This document shows, piece after piece, positions 60,998 to 64,000 of a stretch of 64,000 nt of DNA. The stretch spans positions 12,923-76,922 of the forward strand of contig LBYD01000001.1 in NCBI GenBank assembly GCA_000995965.1. The letters are read 5' to 3'. Source of the DNA: Candidatus Moranbacteria bacterium GW2011_GWC2_40_12. GTDB taxonomy: Bacteria; Patescibacteriota; Minisyncoccia; Moranbacterales; UBA11712. Each line of letters begins with the position of its first letter. Position 1 is the first letter of the stretch. A program made the position numbers and the translations under genes. Below the pieces are notes generated by a model. It made no database searches. It was given only the letters and a program-made list of their open reading frames with translations, and was not told where the DNA came from.

Positions 60998-62293
60998 ATG
61001 AAAGTCTTTATCGTCGGGGTCGGCTATGTCGGCCTGGTAACAGCGGCATGTCTCGCGGAACTTGGCCACCAGGTTTGCGGGGCGGACATTGACGCGGAAA
61101 AAATTGAAAAACTCAAAAAAGGAGAATGTCCCATTTATGAGCCGGGCCTCGAAGCAATAATCAAAAAAAATATCAAAGCCGGCCGGGTCAAATTTCAGGT
61201 CGGAATCGACAAGAATATCAACAAGTTCGATCTGGCGATGATCGCCGTGGGCACTCCCGAAAGGGAATCCGACGGACGGGCGGATCTTTTCTACGTGAGC
61301 GAAACAGCGAAGCATGTCGCCCAGAACTGTTCGAAAAAGGATTTTGTGGTGATCGGAAAATCAACCGTTCCGATCGGAACTGCCATGCAAATCAGGCAGT
61401 CTCTGGCCACCTATAGCGGCGGAAAAACCCGTTTCCACGTCGGATCGAACCCGGAAACGCTTCGGGAGGGAAACGCCGTGTCCGATTTCATGAACCCGGA
61501 CCGGATCATCATCGGGGGCGATAAAAAAGCTCAAGTTGCGCTTCTCAAGCTCTACGAAAAAATAGACTGTCCTAAAATCGTCACGAACGCCCGGAGCGCG
61601 GAAATGATCAAGCTGGCGGCGAATTTCATGCTGGCGCTTCGCGTTTCGGCGACCAATATGCTTTCCCGAGTTTGCGACGTCACCGGAGCGGATATTGAAA
61701 AAGTGATGGAAGGCGTGGGGATGGATAAGCGCATCGGCCCGCAGTTTTTGAAAGCCGGAATCGGATACGGCGGATCATGTTTTCCGAAAGATACCAAGAG
61801 CATTCGCGCCATTTCAGACCATCATCGCCTGGACACTTCGATCTTTGACGCGGTGATAGGCATCAACGCCGATCAGAGAAAATGGTTCTGCCAGAAAGTG
61901 GATGAAATCACTTTGTTCACGCTGAAAAACAAAAAAGTCGCTGTTTGGGGATTGGCGTTCAAGCCTGATACCGATGACACCAGGGAAGCCCCGGCGGTTG
62001 ACGTGATCAAATGGCTTCTCGAAGAGGGGGCGCATGTCAATGTTTATGATCCGGTTGCCAGCGTGAAAAAAATATTCGGCAGCGAAATAAAGCACTGCCG
62101 CGATATGTATGAAGCGGCCGAAGATTCAGAAGTTTTGCTCGTTGTCACCGAATGGGACGAGTTCAAAAAAGCCGATCTCAAAAAAGTGAAAGAAAAAATG
62201 CTGGTTCCGAAAATTGTTGACGGAAGGAATGTTTATGACCCGAAAGCGGTGAGAAATTTGGGATTTGAGTATGTGAGTATGGGGAGGCCATAG
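60998..62293 (+). CDS. ugd: UDP-glucose 6-dehydrogenase (nucleotide-sugar dehydrogenase family)
   Basis: MKVFIVGVGYVGLVTAACLA N-terminal Rossmann, the GGSCFPKD catalytic Cys motif and a C-terminal UDP-binding domain. Confidence 0.88.
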   Translation: MKVFIVGVGYVGLVTAACLAELGHQVCGADIDAEKIEKLKKGECPIYEPGLEAIIKKNIKAGRVKFQVGIDKNINKFDLAMIAVGTPERESDGRADLFYVSETAKHVAQNCSKKDFVVIGKSTVPIGTAMQIRQSLATYSGGKTRFHVGSNPETLREGNAVSDFMNPDRIIIGGDKKAQVALLKLYEKIDCPKIVTNARSAEMIKLAANFMLALRVSATNMLSRVCDVTGADIEKVMEGVGMDKRIGPQFLKAGIGYGGSCFPKDTKSIRAISDHHRLDTSIFDAVIGINADQRKWFCQKVDEITLFTLKNKKVAVWGLAFKPDTDDTREAPAVDVIKWLLEEGAHVNVYDPVASVKKIFGSEIKHCRDMYEAAEDSEVLLVVTEWDEFKKADLKKVKEKMLVPKIVDGRNVYDPKAVRNLGFEYVSMGRP

Positions 62294-62353
62294 CTAAATT
62301 AAAAATGAAAAATGAAAAAGTAAAAATTTTTGTGTCCCGCCGTACGGGACGGA

Positions 62354-63304
62354 CTATTTTTGGCCATCTAAAACAGTCCGGAAATAATCTATTGTTTTCT
62401 TGAGGCCTTCTTCCAGTCTTATTTTCGGTTCCCAAGTCAGCTCTTTTTTTGCCAGCGAAATATCCGGTTTTCTTTGTTTCGGGTCGTCTTGAGGCAAATC
62501 TTGATAAACGATTTTGCTTTTGCTTTCGGGAAGCATTTCAAGAATTTTTTCGGCCAGTTCTTTCACGGTGAATTCGTCCGGGTTTCCTAGATTCACCGGG
62601 CCGAGAAAATTTTTTTCATTATCCATCATTTTTATGATTCCTGCGACAAGGTCGTCAATATACTGGAAACTTCTGGTTTGCATTCCGTCGCCATAGATGG
62701 TCAGATCTTCATTTTTGAGTGCCTGGGTGATGAAATTTGACACTACGCGGCCGTCATCGGGATCCATATTCGGTCCGTAGGTATTGAAAATTCGGACGAC
62801 GCGGATATCTGTTCCGTATTTTCGCTGATAATCAAAAAATAATGTTTCAGCGGCGCGTTTTCCTTCGTCATAGCAAGACCTCACTCCGATCGGATTGACG
62901 TTTCCCCAATAGCTTTCCGGCTGGGGATGAACTTTCGGATCGCCATAAACTTCGCTCGTGGAAGCTTGCATTATCCTGGCGTTATTTTTTCGGGCGAGTT
63001 CGAGCATATTGAGCGAACCTAAAATGGAAGTTTTCATCGTTTGGATAGGATCTTTTTGGTAGCGGGGCGGGGAGGCGGGGCAGGCAAAATTGAAAATCTG
63101 ATCGATTTTCTCTCCGGGCTCAAGCGGTTTTGCGATATCACGCTCAATAAATTTGAAATTTTGGTTCGTCAAAAAATCGGCGATATTTTCTTTCCGGCCG
63201 GTTGAAAAATCATCAACACAAATCACTTTGTGGCCATTGTCCAAAAAATGTTTGCAAAGGTGCGAGCCGATAAATCCCGCACCACCGGTGATAAGCATTC
63301 TCAT
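62354..63304 (-). CDS. uxs: UDP-glucuronate decarboxylase (UDP-xylose synthase)
   Basis: [16 protein letters not shown]...[15 protein letters not shown], a UXS-like extended SDR. It is convergent with ugd. Confidence 0.8.
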   Translation of the reverse strand: MRMLITGGAGFIGSHLCKHFLDNGHKVICVDDFSTGRKENIADFLTNQNFKFIERDIAKPLEPGEKIDQIFNFACPASPPRYQKDPIQTMKTSILGSLNMLELARKNNARIMQASTSEVYGDPKVHPQPESYWGNVNPIGVRSCYDEGKRAAETLFFDYQRKYGTDIRVVRIFNTYGPNMDPDDGRVVSNFITQALKNEDLTIYGDGMQTRSFQYIDDLVAGIIKMMDNEKNFLGPVNLGNPDEFTVKELAEKILEMLPESKSKIVYQDLPQDDPKQRKPDISLAKKELTWEPKIRLEEGLKKTIDYFRTVLDGQK

Positions 63305-63361
63305 GTTTACTTTTGTTTATTTCTAAACTAAGATTATAAGCGTAAGCAGATTAATCTTATC

Positions 63362-64000
63362 ATGAATATAAGATATATCAAGGCACGGATTAAACGCTTC
63401 CTCAAAAAATACCGGGGACTTTCAAGGCTTTTGTGGGACGAATTCAAGTTCGGAGGTTTTTCCGACACGGTTTTCGCGGTGCGGCGGCATTTCAAAAAGC
63501 GGAAAGGGGAGTGGAAGGGAGGATATCCGGCGGCCGATGATTTTCAGAAAAATCTGGTGACCATCGCCATTCTTTCAAAAGACCATCTGGAGCTCTTGAA
63601 GACATGCCTTGAGTCTGTTGAGGCTAATTTAAGCCAAAAATATGATGTAGAAATTTTGGTCGGCGACACAGGAAGCCGCCAATGGAAAGTTTGGAAATTC
63701 TATCGCGAGGCCAGGAAAAAATGGAAAAATGTGAAAGTGGTGAAATTCCGGCGTTATTTTTTCTCAAAGAACTATAACCAGCTGATTGAAAATCACGCCA
63801 AGGGGGAATATCTGATACTTCTCAATAATGACACAATCGTGAAAGGAAACTGGATTGATGAACTGGTAGACCCTCTTCGAAACAAACAAATTGGGGCTGT
63901 TGGCGGAAAGCTTCTATATAAAGACGAGACAATCCAGCACGCAGGAATGGAATTTCAAGATAGCAACGCGATAGCAGTTTTTGCGAAAGAAAAAAAGGAT
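63362..64000 (+). CDS. GT2 family glycosyltransferase, 3'-partial (runs off window end)
   Basis: LVTIAILSKDHLELLKTCLESV...ILVGDTGS, LLNNDTIV, TIQHAGMEF. No stop before nt 64000. Confidence 0.6.
   Translation, partial: MNIRYIKARIKRFLKKYRGLSRLLWDEFKFGGFSDTVFAVRRHFKKRKGEWKGGYPAADDFQKNLVTIAILSKDHLELLKTCLESVEANLSQKYDVEILVGDTGSRQWKVWKFYREARKKWKNVKVVKFRRYFFSKNYNQLIENHAKGEYLILLNNDTIVKGNWIDELVDPLRNKQIGAVGGKLLYKDETIQHAGMEFQDSNAIAVFAKEKKD

Overview
The window is low-GC (about 40%), gene-dense bacterial DNA. Its character suggests a small-genome, CPR/Patescibacteria-like organism (inference only). Evidence: LAGLIDADG-encoding group I introns in the 23S rRNA, a 23S-5S pair with no 16S nearby, many short low-complexity insertions inside housekeeping proteins, and dense palindromic intergenic elements.

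Gene content by region:
- 0-6.6 kb: cell-envelope/division genes trmD(partial)-ftsW-murG-[patatin-like lipase]-murC-murB.
- 6.7-10.8 kb: a tight operon of a deoxyhypusine-synthase-like protein, agmatinase, a SAM methyltransferase and a PurD-like ATP-grasp ligase.
- 12.5-17.5 kb: gyrB, then secE-nusG-rplK-rplA.
- 18.0-23.4 kb: a 23S rRNA (about 5 kb, with three intron-like insertions, two carrying LAGLIDADG homing endonucleases) and a 5S rRNA, directly downstream of rplA.
- 25.3-31.3 kb: dnaE, rnhB, rpmF and a pyruvoyl-type SAM/arginine decarboxylase (SpeH-like).
- 31.4-64 kb: one large glycan-assembly locus. It contains an ABC-2 exporter (wzm-like permease and a wzt-like ATPase with a C-terminal glycan-binding extension, split by other genes and an insertion), a GT39/GT-C glycosyltransferase, a 949-aa secreted beta-helix/lipase protein, sat + cysC (PAPS synthesis), a 943-aa methyltransferase-coiled-coil-GT2-GT2 'ruler' synthase, several GT2 polyprenyl-phosphate glycosyltransferases, large polytopic membrane proteins, an ArnE-like flippase subunit, NAD-dependent epimerases, a FAD oxidoreductase, and ugd-uxs (UDP-xylose route).

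Most worth following up:
- (i) The archaeal-style DHS-like/agmatinase operon, extended by a methyltransferase and a PurD-like ligase.
- (ii) The sulfate-activation module wired into a chain-terminator/ruler-type ABC-dependent glycan pathway, with no recognisable sulfotransferase.
- (iii) At least three families of intergenic palindromic elements. Family A also appears as in-frame insertions in murB. Family C hairpins abut start codons.
- (iv) A rearranged insertion carrying a duplicated wzt 5' end and a tandem gene pair, one copy degraded.

No CRISPR array or tRNA was recognised by eye.
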